This document shows, one piece after another, positions 39,458-49,134 of a DNA stretch of 49,210 nt (position 1 is its first letter; each line of letters begins with the position of its first letter). The notes under the pieces are model-generated. The model worked only from the letters and a program-made list of their open reading frames with translations. It did no database searches and was not told where the DNA came from. Location: the sequence record SRR20825019_597. One strand, written 5' to 3'. The translations under genes were made by a program, and so were the position numbers.

Positions 39458-39715
39458 ATGCGTGTTTCTGTAGATATCAGCCTTTATCCGCTGACAGAGC
39501 AATATGCCGAGCCGATTCTGGCCTTTATCGACAAGCTGGAAAACAACCCCAAACTCAATATTTCCCGCAATAATCTAAGCACCCAGATTTTTGGTGAATA
39601 CCGGGATGTGATGGATGCCATGGACAGCGAAATTGAAGCCGTCTTCAGCCAGCTTCCACACAGCGTATTTGTACTGAAAATGATTGGTACCGATCGTTAT
39701 CAGGTCGAAGATTAG
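39458..39715 (+). CDS. YkoF/thiamine-binding (DUF77-like) protein
   Basis: SVDISLYPL...PILAFI...N.LSTQIFGEY motifs; lies between the TBDR and pnuC. Confidence 0.8.
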   Translation: MRVSVDISLYPLTEQYAEPILAFIDKLENNPKLNISRNNLSTQIFGEYRDVMDAMDSEIEAVFSQLPHSVFVLKMIGTDRYQVED

Positions 39716-39720
39716 AGACG

Positions 39721-40332
39721 ATGTGGGATGCGATGTTACAGGGCCTGATGGCCTTATCAGGCTGGGAGGTGTTTGCTGCACTGCTGGGCGTCGGCTATAT
39801 CGTCTTCGCCGCCCGCGAGTCGCAGTGGTGCTGGCCAATGGCCTTTATCAGCACCCTGATTTACACCGTATTGTTCTGGGAAGGCCAGTTACCAATGCAG
39901 GCACTTCTCAACTTTTATTATATGGGCATGGCGATCTACGGCTACCTGCTGTGGCGTCAGCATAAAAGAAGTGAAAAAGACATCGCCATTCATAGCTGGC
40001 CTTTGCCCTATCATCTCACCTTCCTGATTACCGGCAGCCTGCTGACCTGGCTGATTGGGGGCTATCTGGGCAGCATTGAGGCTTCTCAGAATCCCTACCT
40101 GGATGCCGGTGTCACCGTTTTTTCGGTACTCAATACCTGGTTGATGGCGCGTAAAGTTCTGCAGAACTGGCTTTACTGGATAATTATCGATGCCGCCGCC
40201 GTCGTGCTGTATCTGGAAACCGGCTTTTATGCCACGGTGGCTTTGTTCTCGCTTTACACGGTGCTGGCCACTGTCGGCTTTATCAACTGGATCAGACTTT
40301 ATCGCCAGCGACATTCACCTTCATTTGGTTAA
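39721..40332 (+). CDS. PnuC-family transporter (probable thiamine transporter PnuT)
   Basis: WCWP, YGYLLW, PYLDA and WLMARKVLQNWLYWIIID PnuC motifs; under TPP riboswitch control. Confidence 0.9.
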   Translation: MWDAMLQGLMALSGWEVFAALLGVGYIVFAARESQWCWPMAFISTLIYTVLFWEGQLPMQALLNFYYMGMAIYGYLLWRQHKRSEKDIAIHSWPLPYHLTFLITGSLLTWLIGGYLGSIEASQNPYLDAGVTVFSVLNTWLMARKVLQNWLYWIIIDAAAVVLYLETGFYATVALFSLYTVLATVGFINWIRLYRQRHSPSFG

Positions 40333-40356
40333 GGCCATCAGGGTGATTTCTAGCGT

Positions 40357-41028
40357 ATGAAAGCTGTAATTTTTGATATGGATGGACTGTTAATTGACAG
40401 CGAGCCGATGTGGAAATCTGCGGAAAGACATGTGTTTTCCTCATTAGGAGTCGAAGTCAGTGACAAGCTTTCCTCTTTAACGGCTGCAATGACCACTCGT
40501 GAGGTAACAGAGTTCTGGTTTCATCATTTTCCCTGGCAAAACCGTGACCTAAAACTGGTGGAACAAGATGTCATCGAAATGGTAGGGTCACTCATCAAGG
40601 AGCATGGTGTTGCCAAAAAAGGGGTTTTGCAGACTCTGGAATTATTTCAGCAACATCATTGCAAGATCGGCCTTGCCACTAATGCCCCTCAAGCTCTAAT
40701 CCCATTAGTGCTTGGAAAACTGGGGATAACTGATTATTTCGATTGCATCGTCTCATCATCTCAGGTGGAAAATGGTAAACCTCACCCTGATGTTTACCTG
40801 GCAGCACTAGACGAACTTAATACCCCTGCTTCTGAGGCGCTTGCCTTTGAAGATTCTGTTTCAGGTCTTCAAGCTTCGACCGCCGCTATGATAAGAACAA
40901 TTGTGGTTCCAAGTACTGAACCGTTCGAGAGTGAAGCATTTCACAAAGCGGAGTATACACTGGCAAACTTGGAGGAATTCAATACCGAGCTTCTCTCTGA
41001 GTTATGCCCTCCCAAGCTAATGAGGTAA
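40357..41028 (+). CDS. HAD-family phosphatase, HxpB/YniC-like
   Basis: IFDMDGLLIDSEP, ATN, GKPHPDVY and FEDS motifs. Confidence 0.88.
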   Translation: MKAVIFDMDGLLIDSEPMWKSAERHVFSSLGVEVSDKLSSLTAAMTTREVTEFWFHHFPWQNRDLKLVEQDVIEMVGSLIKEHGVAKKGVLQTLELFQQHHCKIGLATNAPQALIPLVLGKLGITDYFDCIVSSSQVENGKPHPDVYLAALDELNTPASEALAFEDSVSGLQASTAAMIRTIVVPSTEPFESEAFHKAEYTLANLEEFNTELLSELCPPKLMR

Positions 41029-41036
41029 GGGTGAGT

Positions 41037-41963
41037 TTATTTAAATCTGACTTGAGCCTGCATCCATTTATTCAGGTCAGTTTCTCCCAGCGCATTCATC
41101 AAAAACAGTAACAGTCGGTAACTCAGTCTGATCTGACTGAGTTCGGGCATTGGCAGAAACTGTTGGTAGGTTTCGGTAAACAGTGCTGCCTCCCTGCTAT
41201 TGAGCTGGTACTCCAGTAATACCAGTTCCAGTTCTTTCGGCCCCGCCACAAAGGCATCGATATCAACCAGCGCCTTGATCCGATCAGCCTCGAAAAGATA
41301 CTGGTCCCAACGGTTATCGAGCATGATAGGTGTAAAAGTTGCCTGTTTAAGCTGTTTAAGCTGTGTCAGAGCCTGGCTGAGCCAGTCTTGATTGATATTA
41401 CTGACTTTGGCCTGGTCCGACAGCGTTTGTTGCAGAGCTTGAGGCCAGCGCTTCGCTTCCCGCTGTGGTTGGCTGAGATCACCCCAATAGGGGTATTCAA
41501 GCTGATGTAATTGAGCAATATGTGTGGCAAACTGCGCAATCATTATCTCGTTGAGGTGGGATGCCTCCAGCATGTTCCCATCAACAAAGCGGTTCAGTAT
41601 ATAGGCTGGAAAGATCTCTGAGGCCCCAGACCAACTGACTAGTTCAGGTAAGGGAATGCTGCCATGCTGTTCGATCGTGCTCTGAATGGCACCAATGTTG
41701 GTCAGATCCCTCGGAAGATAACGGCCGAATAAGTTTTCTATGATTTGCCAGCAGCCGGATTTTTCAAGCATGGGCTGCTGGCAGATTTTCAGCATCATTG
41801 GCCCGTCACTGGTATTACAGCGCCAGAGTTGATGGGTACTGTCTTCAAACATAGCTGGCAGGCGCTCGGCTTCATGTAATGCCGGCAACGCTGATCGGGA
41901 TGAAAACAGTTGAATCGGATGGGCAGCTTCCCTGCTGCCGGGACTGAGCTTATCTTCTACCAA
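41037..41963 (-). CDS. Aminoglycoside/choline kinase-like phosphotransferase (atypical motifs)
   Basis: MLKI lysine strand, IAQLHQ, degenerate Brenner motif IMLDNRWDQY, LVDID, GPKELEL; start uncertain. Confidence 0.65.
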   Translation of the reverse strand: MVEDKLSPGSREAAHPIQLFSSRSALPALHEAERLPAMFEDSTHQLWRCNTSDGPMMLKICQQPMLEKSGCWQIIENLFGRYLPRDLTNIGAIQSTIEQHGSIPLPELVSWSGASEIFPAYILNRFVDGNMLEASHLNEIMIAQFATHIAQLHQLEYPYWGDLSQPQREAKRWPQALQQTLSDQAKVSNINQDWLSQALTQLKQLKQATFTPIMLDNRWDQYLFEADRIKALVDIDAFVAGPKELELVLLEYQLNSREAALFTETYQQFLPMPELSQIRLSYRLLLFLMNALGETDLNKWMQAQVRFK

Positions 41964-42631
41964 GGCAGTCTTTCGCCATTGGTGTGCCAGAAACCACCGC
42001 TGGTATCGAGATTGAGTTCTTCCATACGTTTTATCAGGCCCGATGCGGATTCATCCGGATCAATCAGACCGCCATGACCAGTCATATCGGTACGTACCCA
42101 GCCCGGATGCAGAATAGCGACAGCGATACCCCGTGGTTTGAGGTCAATGGACAGGGATTTACCGGCCGCATTCACAGCGGCTTTTGACATCCGGTAGGCA
42201 TAGCTACCGCCGGAATCATTATCATCAATCGAGCCCATGCGGCTGGTGATAATGCCGACCTTGCTGCCTTCATGCAGATTGGGAAGCAATGCCTGAGTCA
42301 CCAGCAAGGGGCCGAGACTGTTGACACGATACATTCTGATAAAACTATCGACCGCGCCGTCATCAATATCCCCAAGGCCGATACCGCCGGCAATACCGGC
42401 ATTATTGATTAACCAGTCGATATTCCGGCCTTTAAGTTTGTCGGCCAGTTTGGCAAGGCTTGCCGGTGCACTGACCTCAACATCTTCAATGATCTCCACA
42501 TTGAGGTCTTTGAGTTCTTTCGAGGCGTGACGGCAAGTGGCGATAACATGCATGCCTTTGGCTGAGAGTTGCCGGCATAACTCCAGGCCTATCCCACGAT
42601 TGGTACCGGTAATGAGCACTGTTTCAGTCAT
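41957..42631 (-). CDS. Short-chain dehydrogenase (C-factor/CsgA-like)
   Basis: ITGTNRGIG, INNAG, SRMGS, YRMSK and HPGWVRTDM motifs. Confidence 0.93.
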   Translation of the reverse strand: MTETVLITGTNRGIGLELCRQLSAKGMHVIATCRHASKELKDLNVEIIEDVEVSAPASLAKLADKLKGRNIDWLINNAGIAGGIGLGDIDDGAVDSFIRMYRVNSLGPLLVTQALLPNLHEGSKVGIITSRMGSIDDNDSGGSYAYRMSKAAVNAAGKSLSIDLKPRGIAVAILHPGWVRTDMTGHGGLIDPDESASGLIKRMEELNLDTSGGFWHTNGERLPW

Positions 42632-43683
42632 GATTTCTCCTCTCTGAGCGTTAACATTTTCTCGGTTGATGGCGACAGGATAACACCCGCCTCTGTGACG
42701 ATGGCATCGATCAAATCAGCGGGTGTCACGTCAAACGCCGGGTTTATGGCACTGACATTGGCAGGTGCAATGGGTTCGCGATTAATATGTGAGACTTCTT
42801 CACTACTGCGTTGTTCAATCGGAATGCCACTGCCATCTGGCATGTCCCAGTCAATCGTCGAAGTTGGTGCCACCACCATCATTTTGACGTTGTGGTAGCG
42901 GGCCAGCACAGCCAGAGAATAAGTGCCAATCTTATTGGCAGTATCACCATTGGCTGCGATTCGGTCAGCACCGACAATCACCCAGTCCAGTCTCCCCGAA
43001 GCCATTAACAATGCTGCCGCAGAATCTGCCTGCAAAGTCATCGGAATATTGTCCTGCATCAGCTCCCAGGCGGTCAGGCGGCTTCCCTGCAACCAGGGCC
43101 GGGTTTCATTTACATACACATGCTGGATTTTACCGTCAGCGTACCCCTGCCGAATCACCCCAAGCGCAGTGCCAAAGCCAGCAGTAGCCAGCGCTCCGGC
43201 ATTACAGTGTGTCAGCACGGTGCTACTGGCTTCCAACAGGCTGGCACCATATTCGCCCATGCGATGGTTGGCTGCGACGTCCTGCTTGTGCATTTTGATG
43301 GCTTCTGCAAGCAATGCCGTCTCGGGTGACTCGCCATCCGACAGTTCCTGATAAAACTCACGCATATGTTCAATTGCCCAGCGCAGGTTGACTGCGGTAG
43401 GCCTGGCATTTTCCAGCCTGGCAAGCGGTGCTGTCATGGCCTGCTTCCAGGTGACACCGGCGGTATGCCAGGCCTGACGGCCAGCCAGTGCCACCCCGTA
43501 AGCAGCAGCGACACCGATAGCCGGTGCCCCTCTTACGACCATCATTGTTATCGCTTCCGCGACCTGGTCAGGATGGTCATAATCCAGCCACTCCTGTCTG
43601 TGGGGTAATTGCCGTTGGTCCAGCAGAAACAGGCTTTCATCCCGCCATTGAATCGGGGCAATTGTACTTACTGTGGTGCTCAA
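42628..43683 (-). CDS. mtnA: S-methyl-5-thioribose-1-phosphate isomerase
   Basis: LLDQRQLP, MVVRGAPAIG, RPTAVNL, THCNAGALAT, ETRP, GADRI..NGD.ANKIGT and NPAFDVTP motifs. Confidence 0.97.
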   Translation of the reverse strand: MSTTVSTIAPIQWRDESLFLLDQRQLPHRQEWLDYDHPDQVAEAITMMVVRGAPAIGVAAAYGVALAGRQAWHTAGVTWKQAMTAPLARLENARPTAVNLRWAIEHMREFYQELSDGESPETALLAEAIKMHKQDVAANHRMGEYGASLLEASSTVLTHCNAGALATAGFGTALGVIRQGYADGKIQHVYVNETRPWLQGSRLTAWELMQDNIPMTLQADSAAALLMASGRLDWVIVGADRIAANGDTANKIGTYSLAVLARYHNVKMMVVAPTSTIDWDMPDGSGIPIEQRSSEEVSHINREPIAPANVSAINPAFDVTPADLIDAIVTEAGVILSPSTEKMLTLREEKS

Positions 43684-43787
43684 AAATTAACTCCTTATCA
43701 CTGTCAGGCGACCGCTAGCGCCGCACTCAACACGAAATAGGCCCATAAGGTAGGTTTTTCCCTTATGTCGACGGTATAATCGGCTGC

Positions 43788-45107
43788 ATGCAAACTGTCG
43801 ATTTGATTATCAATGCCCGCTGGCTGGTGCCGGTCAATGCCTCTCAGCAAGTGCTGGAAAACCAGGCCATTATCATCAAGGATGGTCGTATTGTAGCGCT
43901 TCTCTCCGTTGATGAAGCAAAACAGCAATATACTGCCGCCACAGTCCATGACATGGATCAGCATTGCCTGATTCCCGGTCTCATCAATAATCACGCCCAT
44001 AGTGCGATGAGCCTGTTCCGGGGACTGGCCGATGATCTGCCGCTGATGACCTGGCTCAATGACCACATCTGGCCGGCGGAAGGCCGGTTCGTCGGTGACA
44101 GCTTTGTTGAGGCGGGAACTGCTCTGGCTGTGGCTGAAATGCTGCGCGGTGGCACGACCTGTGTCAATGATATGTATTTCTTCCCCGAAGCCACCGCCCG
44201 CGTTATTGATAAAAGTGGCATGCGCGCGAGCCTGGGCATGATTGTGATTGAATTCCCGACCAACTGGGCAGCCAATGTCGATGAATACCTGCATAAAGGC
44301 CAGCAATTGCATGATCATTACCGGCATCACCCACGAATCAGCACCAGCTATGCACCGCATGCGCCTTATACGGTAACCGATAAAACCTTCGAATCGATCC
44401 TGATTAATGCAGAAGAAATGGATCTGCCCATCCACATGCATATTCATGAAACGGCAGCGGAAGTGTCTGCCAGTGTCGAAGAGTTGGGTATGCGGCCATT
44501 GGAACGCCTGCGTGACATCGGCTTACTGTCACCCCGATTGATTGCCGTACATATGACACAGCTGAATGACCAGGAAATCGACTGGTGCAACGAAGCGGGT
44601 GTTCACATCGCTCACTGCCCCGAATCTAACCTGAAACTTGCCAGCGGCTTCTGCCCGGTGACCGAACTTGATCGGCGCGGCGTTAATATTTCCATCGGTA
44701 CCGATGGGGCTGCTTCCAATAACGATCTGGATATGTTCGGAGAGATGCGCCAGGCAGCACTGCTGGCCAAGGCCGTAGCCAAAGATCCCAGTAGCATTCC
44801 GGCTTATAAGGCACTGGAAATGGCCACCATCAATGCCGCGAAGTCGCTGGCAATGGATAACAGAATCGGCTCGATTGAAGTCGGTAAATTTGCTGATCTT
44901 GTCGCAGTGGACCTGGTCTCAGTCGAAACCCAACCCTTTTACGATGTGGTCTCACAACTGGTTTATGCCACCGGCCGTGATAAAGTGACAGATGTCTGGG
45001 TTGCCGGCAAACAATTGTTGAAAGGCCGTCAGTTAACCACGCTGGACGAAAGCAAAATCATTAGTGATGCCCGTCAGTGGGCCGACACAATAAAACAGGC
45101 TGATTAA
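43788..45107 (+). CDS. mtaD: 5'-methylthioadenosine/S-adenosylhomocysteine deaminase (TRZ/ATZ amidohydrolase)
   Basis: [33 protein letters not shown] and GTDGAASNN motifs; mtnA/ubiG synteny. Confidence 0.85.
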   Translation: MQTVDLIINARWLVPVNASQQVLENQAIIIKDGRIVALLSVDEAKQQYTAATVHDMDQHCLIPGLINNHAHSAMSLFRGLADDLPLMTWLNDHIWPAEGRFVGDSFVEAGTALAVAEMLRGGTTCVNDMYFFPEATARVIDKSGMRASLGMIVIEFPTNWAANVDEYLHKGQQLHDHYRHHPRISTSYAPHAPYTVTDKTFESILINAEEMDLPIHMHIHETAAEVSASVEELGMRPLERLRDIGLLSPRLIAVHMTQLNDQEIDWCNEAGVHIAHCPESNLKLASGFCPVTELDRRGVNISIGTDGAASNNDLDMFGEMRQAALLAKAVAKDPSSIPAYKALEMATINAAKSLAMDNRIGSIEVGKFADLVAVDLVSVETQPFYDVVSQLVYATGRDKVTDVWVAGKQLLKGRQLTTLDESKIISDARQWADTIKQAD

Positions 45108-45814
45108 TGAGCGAACATCATCACAACGTCGATCCCAACGAAGTTGCCAAGTTTGAAGCCCTGGCCAGCAGTTGGTGGGATCTGGAAGGCCAATCCAAAC
45201 CCTTGCATGAAATTAATCCGCTAAGGCTTGGCTATATCGCTGAGCGCTGCAGGCTGAAGGAGGCCAACGTCATTGATGTCGGCTGTGGTGGCGGTATTCT
45301 CTCCGAAGCACTGGCTAAAAGCGGTGCTAATGTGACTGGCATTGATATGGGTGATATGCCACTGGATATCGCCAAACTACATGCAATGGAAAGCGGCCTC
45401 CAGATTCATTATCAACAGTCCACAGCCGAGGCCATGGCGAGTGAGCATGCCGGTGAGTTTGATGCCGTCACGTGTCTGGAAATGTTGGAACATGTCCCGG
45501 ATCCGGCGGCAATCATCAAAGCCTGTGCTGACTTAGTTAAACCCGGCGGCGATGTCTTTTTTTCCACTCTGAATCGTCATCCCAAGGCTTACCTGCTGGC
45601 CATTGTCGGCGCCGAATATGTGATGAACATGCTGCCCAGGGGAACGCATGATTACAGCCGTTTTATCCGACCGGCCGAACTGGCGGGTTGGTGCCGCCAG
45701 GCTGGCCTGCAAGTCAAGGACATCAGTGGTATGAGCTATAACCCATTCAACCGCGAATTCAGTCTGAGCAAGGACGTTAAAGTGAACTATCTCGTTCACT
45801 GTCGTAAGATTTAA
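45107..45814 (+). CDS. ubiG: Ubiquinone biosynthesis O-methyltransferase
   Basis: [40 protein letters not shown] and GTHDY motifs. Confidence 0.97.
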   Translation: MSEHHHNVDPNEVAKFEALASSWWDLEGQSKPLHEINPLRLGYIAERCRLKEANVIDVGCGGGILSEALAKSGANVTGIDMGDMPLDIAKLHAMESGLQIHYQQSTAEAMASEHAGEFDAVTCLEMLEHVPDPAAIIKACADLVKPGGDVFFSTLNRHPKAYLLAIVGAEYVMNMLPRGTHDYSRFIRPAELAGWCRQAGLQVKDISGMSYNPFNREFSLSKDVKVNYLVHCRKI

Positions 45815-45815
45815 T

Positions 45816-46469
45816 ATGTCGCAATTTGATGTTTTTTTCTTCGACCTGGATGGCACCCTCGTCGATACAGCCCCAGATCTGGCCTATGCTTTGAATCAAG
45901 TGATGGAGCAGGAAGGACGCGCTCCGCTGCCCTATGCATCGATTCGAGAAGTAGCAAGCCATGGCAGTGCCGGTTTGCTTGGACTGGGATTTGGTATCAC
46001 TACTGATAACCCGGAGTTTGCCTCGTTACAAAAACGATTCGTACAAATCTATCAGGACAATCTGACCCGTGAGTCCAGACTCTTTGAAGGTATGCAGAAA
46101 GTCATTGATAAGATTGATGAAACAGGCATAAAGTGGGGAGTGATTACTAACAAACCGCAGTTCCTGACCGAGCCGTTAATGACTGGCCTTAACCTGAAAC
46201 AGCGCGCTGCATGTATTGTAAGCGGTGATACTACCGACCAAAGCAAGCCCCACCCAGCACCGATGCTGCATGCCTGTAAACTGGTCAATGTGCAACCAGC
46301 TCAATGTGTCTATATCGGTGACGCCGAACGTGATATCGTCGCCGGCCGAAATGCCGAGATGCATACTATTGCTGCCTGTTATGGTTATCTTAGTGATGAC
46401 GATCGACCTGAAAACTGGCAGGCTGATGCGATGATCAATCAACCGGAAGAACTGCTGCAATGGCTTTAA
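45816..46469 (+). CDS. HAD phosphatase, MupP/Gph-like
   Basis: FDLDGTLVDTAPDL, ITNKP, KPHPAP and YIGDAERDI motifs; position after ubiG matches Pseudomonas mupP. Confidence 0.85.
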   Translation: MSQFDVFFFDLDGTLVDTAPDLAYALNQVMEQEGRAPLPYASIREVASHGSAGLLGLGFGITTDNPEFASLQKRFVQIYQDNLTRESRLFEGMQKVIDKIDETGIKWGVITNKPQFLTEPLMTGLNLKQRAACIVSGDTTDQSKPHPAPMLHACKLVNVQPAQCVYIGDAERDIVAGRNAEMHTIAACYGYLSDDDRPENWQADAMINQPEELLQWL

Positions 46470-47731
46470 ACGCTACCCCCATGCTCATAGTGTTAATACT
46501 CACTGCGGCGCTAGCCGGTGCTTTAATTGCGTATCTCCTGCGAGAAAAAGTCATTCGCAGGCTGGAAAAAGAGAACACCGAGCTGTCACTCAACCTGGAG
46601 TTGGAGAAAAAACAGCAGAAACAGCTGGATGAGATTCTGCAACAGACACAGGCACAACTTGCTAACACCTTTAACCAGTTATCCAATGAAGCATTAAGCC
46701 GTAATAACAACAGCTTTCTGAAACTGGCGGAAGAAAACCTGAAACGATTTCAGAGTGAGGCCAAGGCCGATTTAAGTAGCAAGGAAAAAGCCATTGAGCA
46801 GCTGGTTAAGCCCATCAATGAAGCTTTGCAGCAAACGACCAAACAGATTCACGATATCGAGAAAGAACGTAAGGAAAGTTACGGTAGTCTGCGCACGACG
46901 ATTGATCAGATGACCAAAAGTCAGCAACAGCTGCAGCTGGAAACTCAAAACCTGGTGCAGGCATTACGCCGCCCCGAAGTCCGTGGTCAATGGGGTGAAA
47001 TGACTTTGCGCCGTCTTGCCGAACTCAGTGGCATGGTGGCGCATTGTGACTTTTTTGAGCAAACGCATACTGCCACAGAAAACGGCAGTATTCGTCCTGA
47101 TATGATCGTCAAGCTGCCCGAGAAACGGGATATCATTGTCGATGCCAAAACACCGCTGGATGCTTATTTATCAGCTATCCAGGCCAAGGATGACAGCGAA
47201 CGACAGCGTGAACTCAAACGTCACGCTCAAATCATCCGCAGCCGGGTTCGTGAACTGGCTCGTAAAAATTATTGGTCGGAATACAGCAATTCTCCTGAGT
47301 TTGTCGTGCTATTTATTCCGGGCGAACAATTTCTGTCCGCCGCGCTGGAAGTTGATCCGGCCCTGCTCGAAGATAGTATGAGCCAGAATATTATCCTGGC
47401 CACCCCGACCAATTTCATTGCGCTGCTCCGTGCCGTTTCCTATGGCTGGAAACAACAAGCGCTGGCCGAGAATGCCGAGAATATTCGTGAGCTGGGCGAA
47501 ACGCTGTATAAACGACTTTCTACATTCGGCAATCACCTGAGCAAACTAGGCAACAGTCTTGGTAGCACCGTCAATCATTTCAATAGTGCTGTGGGGTCAC
47601 TGGAGCGTCAGGTATTGCCCGGTGCACGTAAGTTCACTGAAATGGGTATCAGCAGTAAAAGTGATATCACCGATTTACCGCCCGTTGAACAGCAGCCTCG
47701 CCAGGTTCAACAAACCGGTGACGATGACTAA
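46460..47731 (+). CDS. rmuC: DNA recombination protein RmuC
   Basis: N-terminal TM, coiled coil, RGQWGE, RPD, VDAK, FVVLFIPGE and ATPT motifs. Confidence 0.95.
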   Translation: MALNATPMLIVLILTAALAGALIAYLLREKVIRRLEKENTELSLNLELEKKQQKQLDEILQQTQAQLANTFNQLSNEALSRNNNSFLKLAEENLKRFQSEAKADLSSKEKAIEQLVKPINEALQQTTKQIHDIEKERKESYGSLRTTIDQMTKSQQQLQLETQNLVQALRRPEVRGQWGEMTLRRLAELSGMVAHCDFFEQTHTATENGSIRPDMIVKLPEKRDIIVDAKTPLDAYLSAIQAKDDSERQRELKRHAQIIRSRVRELARKNYWSEYSNSPEFVVLFIPGEQFLSAALEVDPALLEDSMSQNIILATPTNFIALLRAVSYGWKQQALAENAENIRELGETLYKRLSTFGNHLSKLGNSLGSTVNHFNSAVGSLERQVLPGARKFTEMGISSKSDITDLPPVEQQPRQVQQTGDDD

Positions 47732-48626
47732 ACCGAGTCTGGAACAGGCATATGCTTATTGTCAGCAACTGGCCCGTTCTCATTATGAAAACTTTCCAGT
47801 AGCCTCGTTTCTGTTGCCAAAAAGCCTGAGACGGCCCATCAGTGTTATCTACGCTTTTGCCAGAACCGCTGACGACTTTGCCGATGAAGGCCCCCTCAGA
47901 CAGACTGAACGATTACATCGGCTCGACAGTTTCAGTAACGAGCTAGAACAAATAGACAAGTACCACTATCAGGGTAACGACCCGATCTTTATCGCATTAG
48001 AAGATGTGATTAGCCGCCACAGGCTCCCGGTTAAGCTGTTTCACGATCTCTTAACCGCATTCAAACAGGATGTCATCAAGTCCCGTTACGCTGACTTTTC
48101 TGAGGTTCTGGATTACTGCCACTACTCAGCCGATCCGGTAGGCCGTTTATTGCTGCACCTTACTATTTCGCCAAGTGAACACCAACTTCAGCAATCAGAT
48201 GCTGTCTGTACGTCATTACAGCTGATTAATTTCTATCAGGATATCGTTCAGGATTATCGGGAGCAGGACAGGATCTACATCCCACAGGATGAACTGTCAG
48301 CAGCCGGCTTGAAAGAGCATGACCTTGTTGCCAAGAACTCCGAGTCGATTGCAGTTGTTATCCGCAGCTTGTATCGACGCACAGCAAGACTCATGCAGCA
48401 GGGTTACCTGCTCGGTGCCAGTTTACGCGGCAGGATGGGATGGGAAGTCAGAGCAATGACTCTCGGCGGCATTACCACCCTCCACAGGCTTCTTCAGCAA
48501 ACTGACGATAATCTGCTAAGCCGGCCGAGGCTGAGTAAAACACAAATGCTGATGATTCTGGGTCGTTCAGCCAGCCCCCAAGTCTATCGCAGGCACTGTG
48601 AGAGACTTATGAGCTCAATGTTCTGA
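47724..48626 (+). CDS. hpnC: Squalene synthase HpnC-like (hydroxysqualene synthase)
   Basis: HYENFPVAS, YAFARTADDFADEG, AFKQDV, YCHYSADPVGRL, LQLINFYQD and RIYIP motifs; ATG 47724 overlaps the rmuC end. Confidence 0.88.
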   Translation: MTKPSLEQAYAYCQQLARSHYENFPVASFLLPKSLRRPISVIYAFARTADDFADEGPLRQTERLHRLDSFSNELEQIDKYHYQGNDPIFIALEDVISRHRLPVKLFHDLLTAFKQDVIKSRYADFSEVLDYCHYSADPVGRLLLHLTISPSEHQLQQSDAVCTSLQLINFYQDIVQDYREQDRIYIPQDELSAAGLKEHDLVAKNSESIAVVIRSLYRRTARLMQQGYLLGASLRGRMGWEVRAMTLGGITTLHRLLQQTDDNLLSRPRLSKTQMLMILGRSASPQVYRRHCERLMSSMF

Positions 48627-48750
48627 ACGCCGTCCGGTAGTTTGTTACCTCTTTAGTAGCAGCTGTCGTACTCATTAAGATCAATTGTCTCAAACCAACA
48701 TCCCTGAGAAAGTCACTGTTCCAATATTCTATTTATGTTAAGGAGCGGAT

Positions 48751-49134
48751 ATGAAAACAGTATCTTTCGGCAATATCGCCAAACCCAATGTTGACCCGAT
48801 TACAACCGATCTTGATGGCTGGCTGCCAACCGAGGGGCAGCCCACCATGAAAACATGGCTGGAACATGTTCCTGAAGACGGTAAATTTCTGACGGGTTTC
48901 TGGGAAGCCACACCTGGCACTTATCAAGTAACCTACAACGCCGATGAGATGGTGCATATGTTTGAAGGCAAAGCGACACTGACTGACGCCGATGGCAAGT
49001 CAGTCACCTACCAGGGCGGTGACAGTTTTTTAGTAGAGGCTGGCTTTAAAGGCACCTGGAAGACAGAAGAGACGGTTCGTAAGATCTTTGCTATTCGGAT
49101 GCCTGAGGGTGTTTCTGCACCGTTTTCGGTTTAG
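48751..49134 (+). CDS. Cupin domain protein (DUF861/cupin_3, EutQ-like)
   Basis: GFWEATPG, DEMVHMFEG.ATLT and GFKGTW...ETVRK motifs; AAGGAG SD. Confidence 0.88.
   Translation: MKTVSFGNIAKPNVDPITTDLDGWLPTEGQPTMKTWLEHVPEDGKFLTGFWEATPGTYQVTYNADEMVHMFEGKATLTDADGKSVTYQGGDSFLVEAGFKGTWKTEETVRKIFAIRMPEGVSAPFSV

Noticed and set aside
41343..41364. CTGTTTAAG tandem repeat
   Set aside because: In-frame 9-bp duplication encoding QLKQLKQ; too short to indicate phase variation or an array
43704..44447. 247-aa antisense ORF over mtaD
   Set aside because: Shadow ORF on the opposite strand of a well-conserved gene; no recognisable motifs
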